Counted from the first letter of the stretch, positions 1-10,918 are shown. The stretch is DNA of 64,000 nucleotides from a cyanobacterium endosymbiont of Rhopalodia gibba (GCA_045159875.1 CP067995.1:736001-800000); one strand, 5' to 3'. The notes: a model not told the origin generated them from the letters alone. A program made the numbers and translations.

Positions 1-88
1 AGGACTTAACTGGTCTAAATTGCGACTATTGGGGTTAATCTGTTCGGTTAATAGATGGTCTCGTTTTTCTAAATGATCCATAAATTTG

Positions 89-478
89 TTATATTAACCC
101 TTCTAGTTGGCGACGAATGCGGTCCAGTTCGTCAGAAGACATATTATCATCAGTTGTTTTTGGCAGATCGTTTTTTTGGGGGATTTTTTCATTTTCCCAA
201 TCAGTGTCTAGATTTGTTTCCGGAGGAATGGCTAACATTCCTTTTTTAATTAATTCATAATCATAATCTGCTTTTCGACAGAACTCTTCCACTTCTTCTG
301 AGTCTAAAGATTCGATAGATGGGGAGGGGAAATCTTGAGCTTCGAGTAGCAAGGCATAGCGGGTAGCATCGTCTTCCGACTCAAACATCAAAACTTTGGT
401 ACGATCACCCATTTGAACGGTATGAATTCCTTCGTTTTCGGTACGAGCATTGTACAGTAGAACATACACTTTAGTCAT
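89..478 (-). CDS. DUF3110 family protein
   Basis: MTKVYVLLYNARTENEGIHT...VLMFESEDDATRYALLLEAQDFP resembles the cyanobacterial DUF3110 family. ATG at 478 is preferred over the upstream TTG at 559. Confidence 0.75.
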   Translation of the reverse strand: MTKVYVLLYNARTENEGIHTVQMGDRTKVLMFESEDDATRYALLLEAQDFPSPSIESLDSEEVEEFCRKADYDYELIKKGMLAIPPETNLDTDWENEKIPQKNDLPKTTDDNMSSDELDRIRRQLEGLI

Positions 479-2655
479 ACAAACTCCTCCTTCTTTCAAT
501 ACATTAATGGCAGATTCAAGCCTGATTCTACAACAACTTAGTTCCTGTTGCTGACTCAATGTTAATTTATGGATTTAAACTGAGTTTATCCCATTAAATG
601 CTTTAGCTCTAAGTCTTTAGACTCTTAAGAGTTTGTTCATTCTTGTACTAAGGTTTAATTTTTTCTAATTTTCAGTACTTTTTACTAAGTTAATTATTTT
701 TGCTATCAACTGAAGAAAGTTAGCATATAAATTTTTATCTATGTTCATAGAATATCTTGTAAATATTAAATAATTTTTTTAAAAAAAATTTATAAAATTA
801 TTGATTTAGAGGATATAGTTTGAAAAAAGTTTCTCTTAACAAAGAAGTTATTATTTTTTATATAATTGAATTTACTTAATAAGATTTTATCAAAAGACTA
901 TTGATTGCTATTTTTAAAATTTAGTTATTTAAATTTAATCTTAAAGATTTAAGTTAAAATTACAGATTAATAAATTATACTATAAATTGTAATAACAGGC
1001 AAAAAAATGACAATACAAATTACTTATAAAGAACGTATTATTATTTCGCTAAACATCGTCACGCTTTAGTCATCAATACTAAAGATAATCTCATATTCAC
1101 ACTTACAAAAAGAACTATCAGTATTAGAATTAAGTCCAAAGCTTTAACTTAACACTCAATAAATAGTAATATTTTTAGCTGAAAATTAGAGTTTAATTAC
1201 CTGATTAATCAAATAACGTAATTAAAAGTTAAAAATCAAGAGTTATATCTTTGATACTCATACTGTCATTGCATCATTTAATAAAAAATTAGGACGTAAT
1301 TTATTAGTCTTCCGTTAAGCAGTTGTTAAACTCCAGGAAAAAAAATTGCTAGATTCTGAAATTAATTTAGTTTTTTATCTAAATCTTAATGTGATTACTT
1401 TCGATGATAAATCAGTTTTATCTTATGTCCTCTCGCTTTTTACTTAGGTTGATCTTGAGATAATAGGACTTATTTAGAACTAGCCCAACAATTAAACTAT
1501 ACTGCTTTTATAGCAAATAAAGCTTGAGAGAAATTAAATATCGAGATTTCTATTGGAGTTATCTGTTAATTGTAAAACCTCTTAAATATATTTAAAAAAT
1601 TCGATAAAGTTTTATTTGCTATGGGATGCTCCCCATAACAATTTTGAATTTCTGATTTACAATCACTTTGTTACTGTCATTTGCCTATCAACTTTTTACA
1701 TCCTGACTTCTACCAAAAGGACTAAAAGTAATACGACATTTAATATCTTTTTCTCTACAGATTTTCACATTTACCATCATATTTTAAAATATAGGGACAG
1801 AGTTTAATTATCAGTATTAGCTTTATCAAAAGTTCTAGTTAATAGATAAATACTACTACAGCAAGTTTTGTTTGTAAATTAAATCATATTAAACTAGAAA
1901 TTCTAACTGAGCTTATATCCATAGCATAGAATACTTTACTCGGTTAAATAAATTAAATTGTAAATTCGCATCAAAAAAGTAGACAGAACAGCAACTCTTA
2001 TTTATTCTAGTTCAACCCCCAGAAAACTACATCAAAATAATAAATCAACTATTAGCAATTTGTCTTGAGCAGAACAACCCATCTATAATAATATTATTCG
2101 TCTTCAAATGAGATGGAATTAATGTGAATCAAGTTTACAGAATAATTAAATATTTTTTTATATTAATTCCCTATTTTTTTTTCAATAATTAAAATTTTAA
2201 CTGTAATAAAAAATGGAGTGGCTGAACAAAACATATAAATAATTATCAAGGAATTTAGATAAACAATTAAGAATAAAAATCTTAAATCTTAAAAAAAAAG
2301 TAATCAATAAAAATGCTGTCATTAAAGGAAAAAAAATTATTATGTAGTGTAAGTTAGTTTATCTAAAAGGGGTTAGTGGAGAAACAATAGAAACAGGAAC
2401 ATCTAAATAAATCATCGAATAGCTAGAAACTTGATAAAAAAATATCCCAAAACTAAATAGATTGCTCTAGATATTATAAAGTTTTTAAAAAAATATCAAT
2501 TAATTAACACTTCAGACTGAAGCAGAAACAGATATGTTTTTTTGATAAGATCAGTTAACGTTCAATTAGCTTATCAAATAAGAATCCTTACACGAGAGGT
2601 TAAACAGGTCAAAAGTCCTGGTCAAAAAATATTTTAGATTAACGCGAGGGTAAAT

Positions 2656-2694
2656 ATTTTAAACTTAAATATTATTGATTTTTAAGTTTAAAAT
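2656..2694. repeat. inverted repeat, 14-bp arms
   Basis: ATTTTAAACTTAAA-N11-TTTAAGTTTAAAAT. Confidence 0.7.
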
Positions 2695-3106
2695 GAAAGC
2701 AAAATTCAATAAGATATATCAATTTTTACTAATTTAAAAAAAATCAGAACAATTATTGATAAAAATTTAAATTAAGCATCGTGTATCACTAAAACTAGCT
2801 GATTTGCATAAAAATACTATTTATTGTCCTGAAAAATATGTGGACAATTAGTTCTTAGACTTAAAAAAGTGATTGCATATTTTTACTGAATAACTGTGGA
2901 AAGTGTTAACAGTCATTTAATTTTTTCAAAGACTTATGGTTTTAGTAAACTTATCAATTTTTAACAACTTTGGAGTTAAGATTTGCATTTTATTGACTAA
3001 TTTTATTTAGAGCAATAACTATTAAGGACTCAATGTTTATTTTCGAAATAAACTAATTGTTTAATTAATTAAGCCTGACTTTTATATTCTTTTTAAAGAA
3101 CCGAAT

Positions 3107-5689
3107 TTATTCTTTTTTTTTGTGTATTCCTAGGATAATTCTACTATGTTTTTCAATCTGATTCATCACTTGCTTAGCCCGTTTAATCACAGAATTAGGT
3201 AATCCAGCTAATCTTCCTACTTCTATTCCATAAGATTTATCTGCACCCCCTGGACGGACCTGATGTAAAAAAATAATTTCATGGGGTAATTCTTCTACTG
3301 TCACTTGATAATTAGCAACATTAGAAAGAATAAATGCTAATTCATTCAATTCATGGTAGTGAGTCGCAAAAATTGTCCTTCCTTGAATTTCTGTCGCCAA
3401 ATATTCTGCAACCGCCCAAGCAATAGATAGTCCATCAAAAGTAGCGGTTCCTCGCCCTATTTCATCTAATAAAATCAAAGATTTAGCAGTTCCGTGATTT
3501 AAGATATTAGCGGTTTCATTCATCTCCACCATAAAAGTTGATTGTCCTGTAGCCAAATCATCTACTGCCCCTACACGAGTAAAAATACGATCACTAATTC
3601 CTAATTTTGCGGTTGTAGCTGGAACAAAACTTCCAGTTTGTGCCATCAATTGAATCAATCCTACTTGTCTTAAATAACAGCTTTTTCCACTGGCATTAGG
3701 ACCAGTTAAAACAATTAAATCAGGAGCATCATTGTCTTGACTCTTACCTATCAAGGTTGAATTAGGAACAAATACCCCTGCTGCCAAAGATTGTTCAACA
3801 ACCGGATGTCTTCCATCGATTATTTCTATTACCCTTCCTTTGATAACTTCAGGACAACAATATCCTTGAAAAACTGCTACTTCTGCTAACCCTGATAAAA
3901 CATCAATAGCTGCTACTGCTTTAGCAGCATTGCGAATTTTTTGAGCTTTTTCAGCTACTTTAGACCGTAATTCTGTAAAAACTTTGTATTCTAATTTATT
4001 AAGATCATCTTGTGCTGTCAAAATACGAGTCTCCCGTTCTTTTAATTCAGGAGTGATGTACCTTTCTTCATTAGTTAACGTTTGTTTACGAACATAATTA
4101 TCTGGGGCTAATTCTGCTTTACTACGAGGAAGACTAATATAGTAACCAAAAGTCTTATTGTAGCCAACTTTTAGATTAGATACTCTGATTTTCTGTTTTT
4201 CTGTAACTTCCAAATTAGCTAACCATTGACGATCATCTTTAAGACGATGACGGATGGCATCTAAGTCACTGTTAATACCATCCCGAATTACGCCTCCATC
4301 TTTTAAATTAAGGGGAGGAGATTCAACTAAATGGTCAATAACATATTTACCTAATTTTTCTAATTCAGGGGGAATTTTTTGCAAACTTTTTAAATAAGAA
4401 GAAGTTCCTTGAGAAGCTAATTCCACTAACTTGGTTAACCGTACTAAAGATTCAGCTAATGATAATAAATCCCGCGCATTTGCGCTTCCTGAACCTACTC
4501 TACCTGTAATCCTTTCTAAATCAGAAATACTACGTAATAACTGACGTAAGTCTTGGCGCAATGAAGGAGTTTCTACTAACTCTTTAACTGTATTTTGTCT
4601 GGCATTAATTTCTTCGATATTTATCAAAGGCTCTATTAACCAACGACGTAACGCTCGGCCTCCCATAGCGGTACAAGTACGATCCAAAGCCCATAATAAA
4701 GAACCATGAAAGGTTCCATCCCTTACAGTTTGGGTTATTTCAAGGTTACGACGAGTTTGGTGGTCCAAAATGAGGAAGTCAACTTGATTGTAAGTTCGTA
4801 GAGGTTGTAGGGGAATTTGATCTACTTTCTGGGTATCTTCGATGTATTCTAATAATCCCCCCGCAGCTCGAATTGCTAGGGCTAAATGTTCACATCCCAT
4901 TCCTTCGAGGGAACGAATACCAAAGGTGACTAAAAGCTTGGGTTTGGCTTGCTCTAAAGTAAAAGAGCTTTGTGATCGCAAGGAATAACAAAAACAGTTT
5001 GGCAACCCATCAATTAGATATTCCGATTGTTCTCCAGGACGCAATAAACTATTAACATTAGGAGCATTGCTAGGAACCAAAATTTCTGAAGGTTGTAGAC
5101 GTGATAATTCCAAATTTAAATTAGCTAATTCCTGTCCTTGAGTAGTAAAAAACTCCCCGGTTGAAATATCAGCATAGGAAAGTCCCCAATGTCCCTTCTC
5201 TACTACAACCGCTGCCAAAAAATTGTTCCGTTTGGCTTGTAGCATCCCATCATCTGTTAGGGTTCCGGGAGTGAGTAATTTGGTAACTTTTCTTTCTACC
5301 ATACGTCCTTGAGCAACTGCTTGAGAAGAGTCTTCTACTTGGTCACAAATAGCCAAAGCATAGCCTTTTTCTATTAACAAGCGACTATATCTTTCCAGGG
5401 AAAAGTGAGGAACTCCTGTCATGGCTATTCGACCAATTTCTTTTCCTCCATCTTTACTAGTTAACGCTAACTCTAATTCCTGGGAAACTATTACCGCATC
5501 CTGAAAAAAGCATTCAAAAAAATCTCCTACCCGATACACTAATAAAGCATTAGGATATTGGCATTTAACCTTCACGTAATGTTGATACATGGGAGTTAAC
5601 TTTTGGAAGTCAAGATTACGATAACTAGTGTGAGGAGATTTGCTTGTCCCAAGTTTTGATTGAGAATTAGAATCAGGAGAAATGGTCAT
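3107..5689 (-). CDS. mutS: DNA mismatch repair protein MutS
   Basis: 860 aa. TPMYQHY, GDFFECF, P-loop GPNASGKS, GQSTFMVEM, LLDEIGRGT and DKSYGIEV motifs. Confidence 0.98.
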   Translation of the reverse strand: MTISPDSNSQSKLGTSKSPHTSYRNLDFQKLTPMYQHYVKVKCQYPNALLVYRVGDFFECFFQDAVIVSQELELALTSKDGGKEIGRIAMTGVPHFSLERYSRLLIEKGYALAICDQVEDSSQAVAQGRMVERKVTKLLTPGTLTDDGMLQAKRNNFLAAVVVEKGHWGLSYADISTGEFFTTQGQELANLNLELSRLQPSEILVPSNAPNVNSLLRPGEQSEYLIDGLPNCFCYSLRSQSSFTLEQAKPKLLVTFGIRSLEGMGCEHLALAIRAAGGLLEYIEDTQKVDQIPLQPLRTYNQVDFLILDHQTRRNLEITQTVRDGTFHGSLLWALDRTCTAMGGRALRRWLIEPLINIEEINARQNTVKELVETPSLRQDLRQLLRSISDLERITGRVGSGSANARDLLSLAESLVRLTKLVELASQGTSSYLKSLQKIPPELEKLGKYVIDHLVESPPLNLKDGGVIRDGINSDLDAIRHRLKDDRQWLANLEVTEKQKIRVSNLKVGYNKTFGYYISLPRSKAELAPDNYVRKQTLTNEERYITPELKERETRILTAQDDLNKLEYKVFTELRSKVAEKAQKIRNAAKAVAAIDVLSGLAEVAVFQGYCCPEVIKGRVIEIIDGRHPVVEQSLAAGVFVPNSTLIGKSQDNDAPDLIVLTGPNASGKSCYLRQVGLIQLMAQTGSFVPATTAKLGISDRIFTRVGAVDDLATGQSTFMVEMNETANILNHGTAKSLILLDEIGRGTATFDGLSIAWAVAEYLATEIQGRTIFATHYHELNELAFILSNVANYQVTVEELPHEIIFLHQVRPGGADKSYGIEVGRLAGLPNSVIKRAKQVMNQIEKHSRIILGIHKKKE

Positions 5690-5799
5690 AATTTAAATGG
5701 TCATTCATCTAGTTCAGAGTCAGTATTTTGGAGTTTCGGAGTAAAAATTTGTCATTTCCTCTATATTCCTATTAGGTAGGATCAGTCATAAATCCCTTA

Positions 5800-6549
5800 C
5801 TATGAGGAAATTTTTTCACACCCCTCGTGTTCCTTAAGTTCTAAGTCTTCCATTGCAACTTTGTGAGGTTCTATTGTTTTAGAAGATCGTTTGGAAAATC
5901 CCCAGAAAAATAACAGTGCTATAGTACTAATCATTAACCATTCAGGGGGGACAAAGTCAGTATTAATTACTCGTATTAAAAGTCTAACTCCAACTAACCC
6001 TACGGTAATAAAACCTGCATCTTCAAGATGAGTATATTCCTCTAACCAATGGATAAACAATTCGGCTAAAAACCTTAGCGTAATTACCCCAACTGTTCCC
6101 CCTAAAAGAATTAACCAAAGATCATCAGCAATAGCGATTGCAGTGGTCACACTATCAAGAGAAAACGCTAAATCTGTAATAGCAATTGAAGGAATCGCTT
6201 GCCATAACGATTGAGATTGTAAACTGTGATGATGTTCTTCTTCTTTTGGGAAAGTAAAATAATTGAACACCAACCACAGTAAATATAAGGCTCCCAATAG
6301 TTCAAATTGCCAGAAATTCATCACCCAAGTCGCCGTTGAAATTAGAGCCATTCGTAGAATATAAGCAAAAACTAAGCCTAAATTTAGAGCATCTTTTTGT
6401 AATTTTCTATTCGGTAATCCTTGAGCAATAGCAGCCAAAGCAATGGCATTATCGGCCGATAAAACAACCTCTAAAATAACGAGAACTAAAAATACTAGGA
6501 TGGTTTTGAGACTAAATATAAGGGAAGAATCGACAATCTGGTCTAGCAT
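5800..6549 (-). CDS. TerC family membrane protein
   Basis: LEVVLSADNAIALA and DLAFSLDSV motifs; multiple TM segments. Confidence 0.92.
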   Translation of the reverse strand: MLDQIVDSSLIFSLKTILVFLVLVILEVVLSADNAIALAAIAQGLPNRKLQKDALNLGLVFAYILRMALISTATWVMNFWQFELLGALYLLWLVFNYFTFPKEEEHHHSLQSQSLWQAIPSIAITDLAFSLDSVTTAIAIADDLWLILLGGTVGVITLRFLAELFIHWLEEYTHLEDAGFITVGLVGVRLLIRVINTDFVPPEWLMISTIALLFFWGFSKRSSKTIEPHKVAMEDLELKEHEGCEKISS

Positions 6550-6794
6550 TAAAAAATATTTACTAAATTGAGATTATTCAATGAGGGCATGAGCGCAAAA
6601 TCGAGCTAGAACCAAATCGATATTAATTTGATCCTTGTTTCATCATAAAGGATCTTCTCTCGGAAAAGTAAAGAGGGAAACTGAGGAGGGAAAGTATAAC
6701 CGGTCGGGTAGAAATTTAAGCCTACAATACGTTTAGGAAATATGTCACAATAGTCCAGAAAAATTTAATTTATTAGCAGTTTCGCTTAGTTTGC

Positions 6795-7515
6795 AGTACC
6801 AAACATTTTAATGGCTATTATCCAAGTTCGAGAAGCGGCGAGATCGGCTCTCAAAAACAAAATTAAAAGTATTTCAATTGAATTAGCTATATTTAAAATT
6901 ACCTTTCAATCCCAATCTTTCAACTTAGATTTTACCTCCATATTTAAAAATATATCAGGTCTAAAAGTAATTTTCACTGAGGCAGGTACTGTGGCTTTGA
7001 CTTGTCGAGATTGGGAAAAAACCTCCCTTTTGGTAACTGATTTTGGAAGTTGGATTAAATCATTAAAAACTCAGATTTTTGATCATAGAGTAAAGCTTTT
7101 TGATTGTTTCTCCTTCATCGGTGGAAGTGGAGATAGTGGAAAAATTGTGTAACTTAACAGATGATCACTTTGTAGTGTTATTAATTTCCCAAGTAGGAAG
7201 ATGTTCTCATTGTAGATATTGGCTATGTCGCCTATAAGATACAAAAACAGTTTCTAAGAAAACTAGTGCGTGCTATTTTAGAACATTAAATAGGGCTGCT
7301 ATCGTCTGTTCCCACTCTGCTCCTTGGAATGTGCACTCCAAAAAACTGGCTATCAATGTAATTGCTGAAGAACCCCAAAAAACTATGAAAGAAACCTTAA
7401 GATTAATGTTCTTTAAAGCCGTGCCTGAAAACGTAAACAATAATAACAGCTTTTTACTTCAAAAATTAGAAGTATTTACGAGTTTACGGTATTTTTTGTA
7501 AATTATAGCTCGATG
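6795..7515 (+). pseudogene. DUF1995 (LPA3-like) family pseudogene
   Basis: KVIFTEAGTVALTCRDWEK resembles the DUF1995 motif FPDAGAAALARRDWG. The frame shifts near 7090 and later pieces contain stops. Ends are approximate. Confidence 0.7.
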
Positions 7516-7557
7516 AATTAGGAATTAGACAGAAGAATTAAGAGGGACTTAAAACTG

Positions 7558-8175
7558 ATGAATTCTAATCAGACTGTTTGGATTGCTAGACATGGGAATC
7601 GTCTGGATTTTGTTAACCCCGAGTGGTTTAATACGGCTGAATATCCTTACGATCCTCCCCTCTCTGAGGACGGGATTATGCAAGCTCAACAATTAGGAAA
7701 ACGGCTAAAATTAGAAAATATCGGACATATTTTTGCTTCACCTTTTTTAAGAACTATTCAGACTGCCCATCAGGTAGCGGAAATTCTTGATATTGAGATT
7801 AAACTAGAAGCAGGACTTGCTGAATGGCACAATCCGGAATGGATGAATGAACATCCAGCAATACACCCCCCCGACTATTTAAACAAAGAATATCCTCGGA
7901 TCAATTGGCATTACTCATCAAAATTTGTCCCCCAATATCCTGAAACTGAAACTAAAGTAATGCAACGAACAGGAGAAATCGTTAAACAATTAATTACTGA
8001 ATTCCCAGAGAATATCTTATTAGTCGGCCATGGGGTATCGGTGTTAGGAACAACTTGGGGGTTAGTAGAGGGAACCCCTAAAATTAGATCTCCTTTATGC
8101 TGTTTAGTTAAAGTTGTTTATGAAAACGAGCGCTGGCAATTGAAATTAAATGGGGACACTTCCCATTTGAATTAA
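7558..8175 (+). CDS. histidine phosphatase family protein
   Basis: N-terminal RHG motif, SPFLRTIQTA and LLVGHG. Confidence 0.92.
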   Translation: MNSNQTVWIARHGNRLDFVNPEWFNTAEYPYDPPLSEDGIMQAQQLGKRLKLENIGHIFASPFLRTIQTAHQVAEILDIEIKLEAGLAEWHNPEWMNEHPAIHPPDYLNKEYPRINWHYSSKFVPQYPETETKVMQRTGEIVKQLITEFPENILLVGHGVSVLGTTWGLVEGTPKIRSPLCCLVKVVYENERWQLKLNGDTSHLN

Positions 8176-8774
8176 AAAGAAAGTAGAACCAGCTTTTCTA
8201 GATAAAAAATGGTATTGCCGAACTTTTTTATAAAAACCCAAAATACACAGGTAAATTCAATTATTAGTAACAGATTTGCCAAAAGAAATAACTATTCCAG
8301 GAGGAGTGCTAAAGTAAGTTCTATGTTTAGCATGTTCTAGTTGATTTGTACTTATAGGACTAAATGCTCAACCTAGTAATTTGTATTAAATTAATTTAAT
8401 ACAATGACAACTAAATTAAATATTAATCGTGAAGTGTTGATTAGAATAATGTTAAGACGTTTTTTCGATGAACATCCTACAAAAAATAGTTTATAAACTC
8501 AGAGAAGACATAATCTAGTGTTATTAGCTGTGTGGAACCTTTGGTTTCCACAATTTTGTGGGTTGAGTAGTCTTCGACACTCTTCGGTAAAAAATGAACA
8601 AAAACTAAGATAAATCTTTTTTATATTTATTGGTCAAGTCATACTTAGTTTAACTCAACCTAGATAATGTTTATTTGATCAATTGTGTACCAATTTAGCT
8701 GGTGATAATTAACTGATATACTGAAGTTTGTGGAGATTACAGTAGCTATTATTATTTGATCGAATCAAGTTACA

Positions 8775-9298
8775 GTAACTATAACCCAGCGCAATGATAA
8801 CTTCATTCATAAAAGCTTTACGATAATAGCTGACATTTCTATCCAAATTTTAACAACTAGGAAAAGAGTCAAAAAACTTTTGTGTATCATCGTGATGGAA
8901 TGTACGCTCAAGTAAATGGAGAATATTCTGAGGCGTTAGACAATTATCATGGAGCTCTCAAGTTGGAAGCATACTGTAATGATCGTGGTTATATTTTCTA
9001 CAAAATTAACATAATTTATGCCAGCAATAGAGAGCAAACCAAAGTTCTAGAATACTATAAAAAATCTGTTGTTCTAACTCTATGTATGTCCTCAGATTGA
9101 GATAATATCGCTATTATCTACTACTACCAAGGAGAAAAAACTAAAGAAGGAGGAAAAAAAGCAGAAGTTTGATTTGATAAAGCAGCTGAATATCGTAAAC
9201 AAGTAATTCGTTTAGCTTCCAATAATTACACTGAAGTTTAAAATTAGTTTAAAATATCAAAACGTTCAGAAATGAACGTTTTGATATTTCCCTTTTGA
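8775..9298 (+). pseudogene. ycf3: photosystem I assembly TPR protein Ycf3 pseudogene
   Basis: [50 protein letters not shown] and AAEYRKQVIRLASNNY are Ycf3 segments. The start is lost and there are a frameshift and stops. It lies next to gatC, as in other cyanobacteria. Confidence 0.92.
9252..9289. repeat. inverted repeat, perfect 17-bp arms, within the 3' end of the ycf3 pseudogene
   Basis: AAATATCAAAACGTTCA-GAAA-TGAACGTTTTGATATTT. Confidence 0.9.
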
Positions 9299-9324
9299 GT
9301 ATTCCCCATTTCTGGAAAAAATAA

Positions 9325-9621
9325 ATGATTAATCGCCAACAAGTTCAAAAAATTGCTCATTTAGCAAGATTAGATATAACTCCCGCGGAAGAAGAAGAAT
9401 TTGCCCCTCAATTAAACAGTATTTTGAAATATTTTGATCAGTTAAATGAACTTGATACCGAAAATGTTTCCCCAACCACTAGGGCAATCGAATTAAGTAA
9501 CATTACCCGCAGTGATAGTTCAAGTGTTTACAGTGATTGTGAATCTCTTTTAAAACAAGCTCCGGAACTAGAAGGAGACTTCTTCCGAGTTCCTCAAATC
9601 TTGAAAAGTGATGAAGAATAG
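9325..9621 (+). CDS. gatC: Asp/Glu-tRNA amidotransferase subunit C
   Basis: [10 protein letters not shown]...[12 protein letters not shown]...[14 protein letters not shown]. Confidence 0.97.
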   Translation: MINRQQVQKIAHLARLDITPAEEEEFAPQLNSILKYFDQLNELDTENVSPTTRAIELSNITRSDSSSVYSDCESLLKQAPELEGDFFRVPQILKSDEE

Positions 9622-9669
9622 TCCTTATAGAACTTTAAATTCCTAAGTTATATGTTATGCTGGTAATCA

Positions 9670-9761
9670 GCTCGGACCCATGCGATTGCAACGCCCAAAT
9701 CTTGTCAGGGCCGGAAGGTAGCAGCAACACGGGATGCTTGCAATAGGCGTGGACTCCGAGC
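9670..9761 (+). ncRNA. ffs: SRP RNA (4.5S)
   Basis: Domain IV motif TCAGGGCCGGAAGGTAGCAGC with GGAA tetraloop; terminal stem GCTCGGA/TCCGAGC. Confidence 0.95.
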
Positions 9762-9771
9762 CCTCGCTACG

Positions 9772-9882
9772 TGTATGGTGACATATTCTCTTCGTCAGTA
9801 GCAAATTAGCGTCATAGAAATGACTTAATTGTAGTTGTGAAATATTGCTGTCGTTCAGGGATTAGTGATAAATTAGTTTCAT
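9772..9882 (+). mobile_element. degenerate Tn7-like (type V-K CAST-like) transposon end with about 5 TnsB-binding sites
   Basis: Starts TGTATGGTGACATATT. Serial GTGAC..ATT..GTC-like boxes follow (GTAGCAAATTAGCGTCAT, GTGAAATATTGCTGTCGT, GTGATAAATTAGTTTCAT), spaced like the ShCAST end as I recall it (TGTACAGTGACAAATTATCTGTCGTCGGTGACAGATTAATGTCATT...). Confidence 0.75.
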
Positions 9883-9993
9883 TTAATAGAATATCTTATG
9901 TTTGCTACGCCTCTTCGTAGTAAAGTGAACAATGAGAGTCTCTAAGTCTCATGACGTTGATTAGGCACATTTTCGGGATCTTTAAGGCATTTT

Positions 9994-10043
9994 TTAAAGT
10001 ATCTTTTCTAGTCTATCTAGATAGACTAGAAAAGATACTTTAA
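9994..10043. repeat. perfect 50-bp palindrome with no loop
   Basis: TTAAAGTATCTTTTCTAGTCTATCT|AGATAGACTAGAAAAGATACTTTAA. Confidence 0.97.
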
Positions 10044-10355
10044 TTGAGGATTTTAAAAGAACGTTCTACAATGCCTATCTCAGAAAAGCGATCATTTGAC
10101 TCCAGCATAAATCCTAGTGAAATCGTAATTTCGACTGAATGATTTGACCTAATATCCTTGCTCTTGTCTGTGAAGATATATCCGGGTAAACCATAATTAC
10201 TTTATTCACCATGAAGTCGATACTTCTCATAGTATTGTTTAAGTGAGATTGCGTTTCGTAAAGCTAAAATGATAACTCAAGAGTTAAGATTAAGCGCTAA
10301 GAGCATTGAGCTCTAGATTGAAGCCAACAACACAACGAGAATAACTATCGATCTT
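10019..10355 (-). pseudogene. tnsB: TnsB (Tn7/Mu-type DDE transposase) catalytic-core fragment
   Basis: The minus strand reads IDSYSRCVVGFNL / IILALRNAISLKQYYEKYRLHGE*SNYGLPGYIFTDKSKDIRSNHSVEITISLGFMLESNDRFSEIGIVERSFKILN*SIFSSL. This is collinear with cyanobacterial CAST TnsB as recalled (IDTYSRCIMG...ALALRHAILPK.Y...YGKPEHFYTDGGKDFRSNH...RDRPSEGG.VERPFKTLN..LFSTLPGY). Confidence 0.88.
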
Positions 10356-10880
10356 ATGTGAAAGCTCTTTAAGATGTTTTATCTTTTCTTCGTTCTAAAT
10401 TTTTTATGATTATTTCATTTTCTGAGAAAAATTGTCTAGAAATTGTGTTTTATCAAATGGGATCTAACCTGTAACTTCTTTGATATTGAATCCTCATATA
10501 TTAGGAGATGATATTGCCACTACTGTTTTTAATATGGAGAGTTTTTAGGTGATAAGTCCACTTTGAATAGTTCTTAGTCTATTAGTTATGTTAGTTAACT
10601 TTTTAAGCAATTTATTATTTGAAAATTGCTTTTCCTTAATTACTTATTAATTCTAGGTTGACTTTCAATTACTTATTTAAGTTATATAAATTTATCTAAA
10701 TAAAAATAATTTTTATGATCAGCCTATTTTTAGCTATTAAATAATTATTTAGATAGATCAACTATATTTGAGGTATTTATAGTTTCTATCACTCAGAATA
10801 TTCTACGATTTTCAGTATTTACCCGGAAACTAAACAGATTAATGATACTCTTAAATTAAATAGATTAGTGATCCCCTTAG

Positions 10881-10918
10881 AGGGAAACTAGGGGGTAAAA
10901 ATACAACCTAGTTTCCCT
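10881..10918. repeat. 12-bp-arm hairpin upstream of the ABC operon
   Basis: AGGGAAACTAGG-N14-CCTAGTTTCCCT. Confidence 0.7.

Noticed and set aside
1616..1807. Short ORFs in AT-rich DNA (also 22322, 35350, 43220, 57383, 60075)
   Set aside because: Composition typical of random AT-rich frames, with no recognisable motifs.
600..3100. AT-rich tract as a replication origin or foreign island
   Set aside because: No DnaA-box cluster or mobility genes were seen, and similar tracts recur throughout the window.
9930..9992. Homing spacer for ffs near the transposon end
   Set aside because: GGCACATTTTCGGGATCTTTAAG only loosely resembles the expected TGCTACCTTCCGGCCCT-CTTTCAAC; too degenerate to call.
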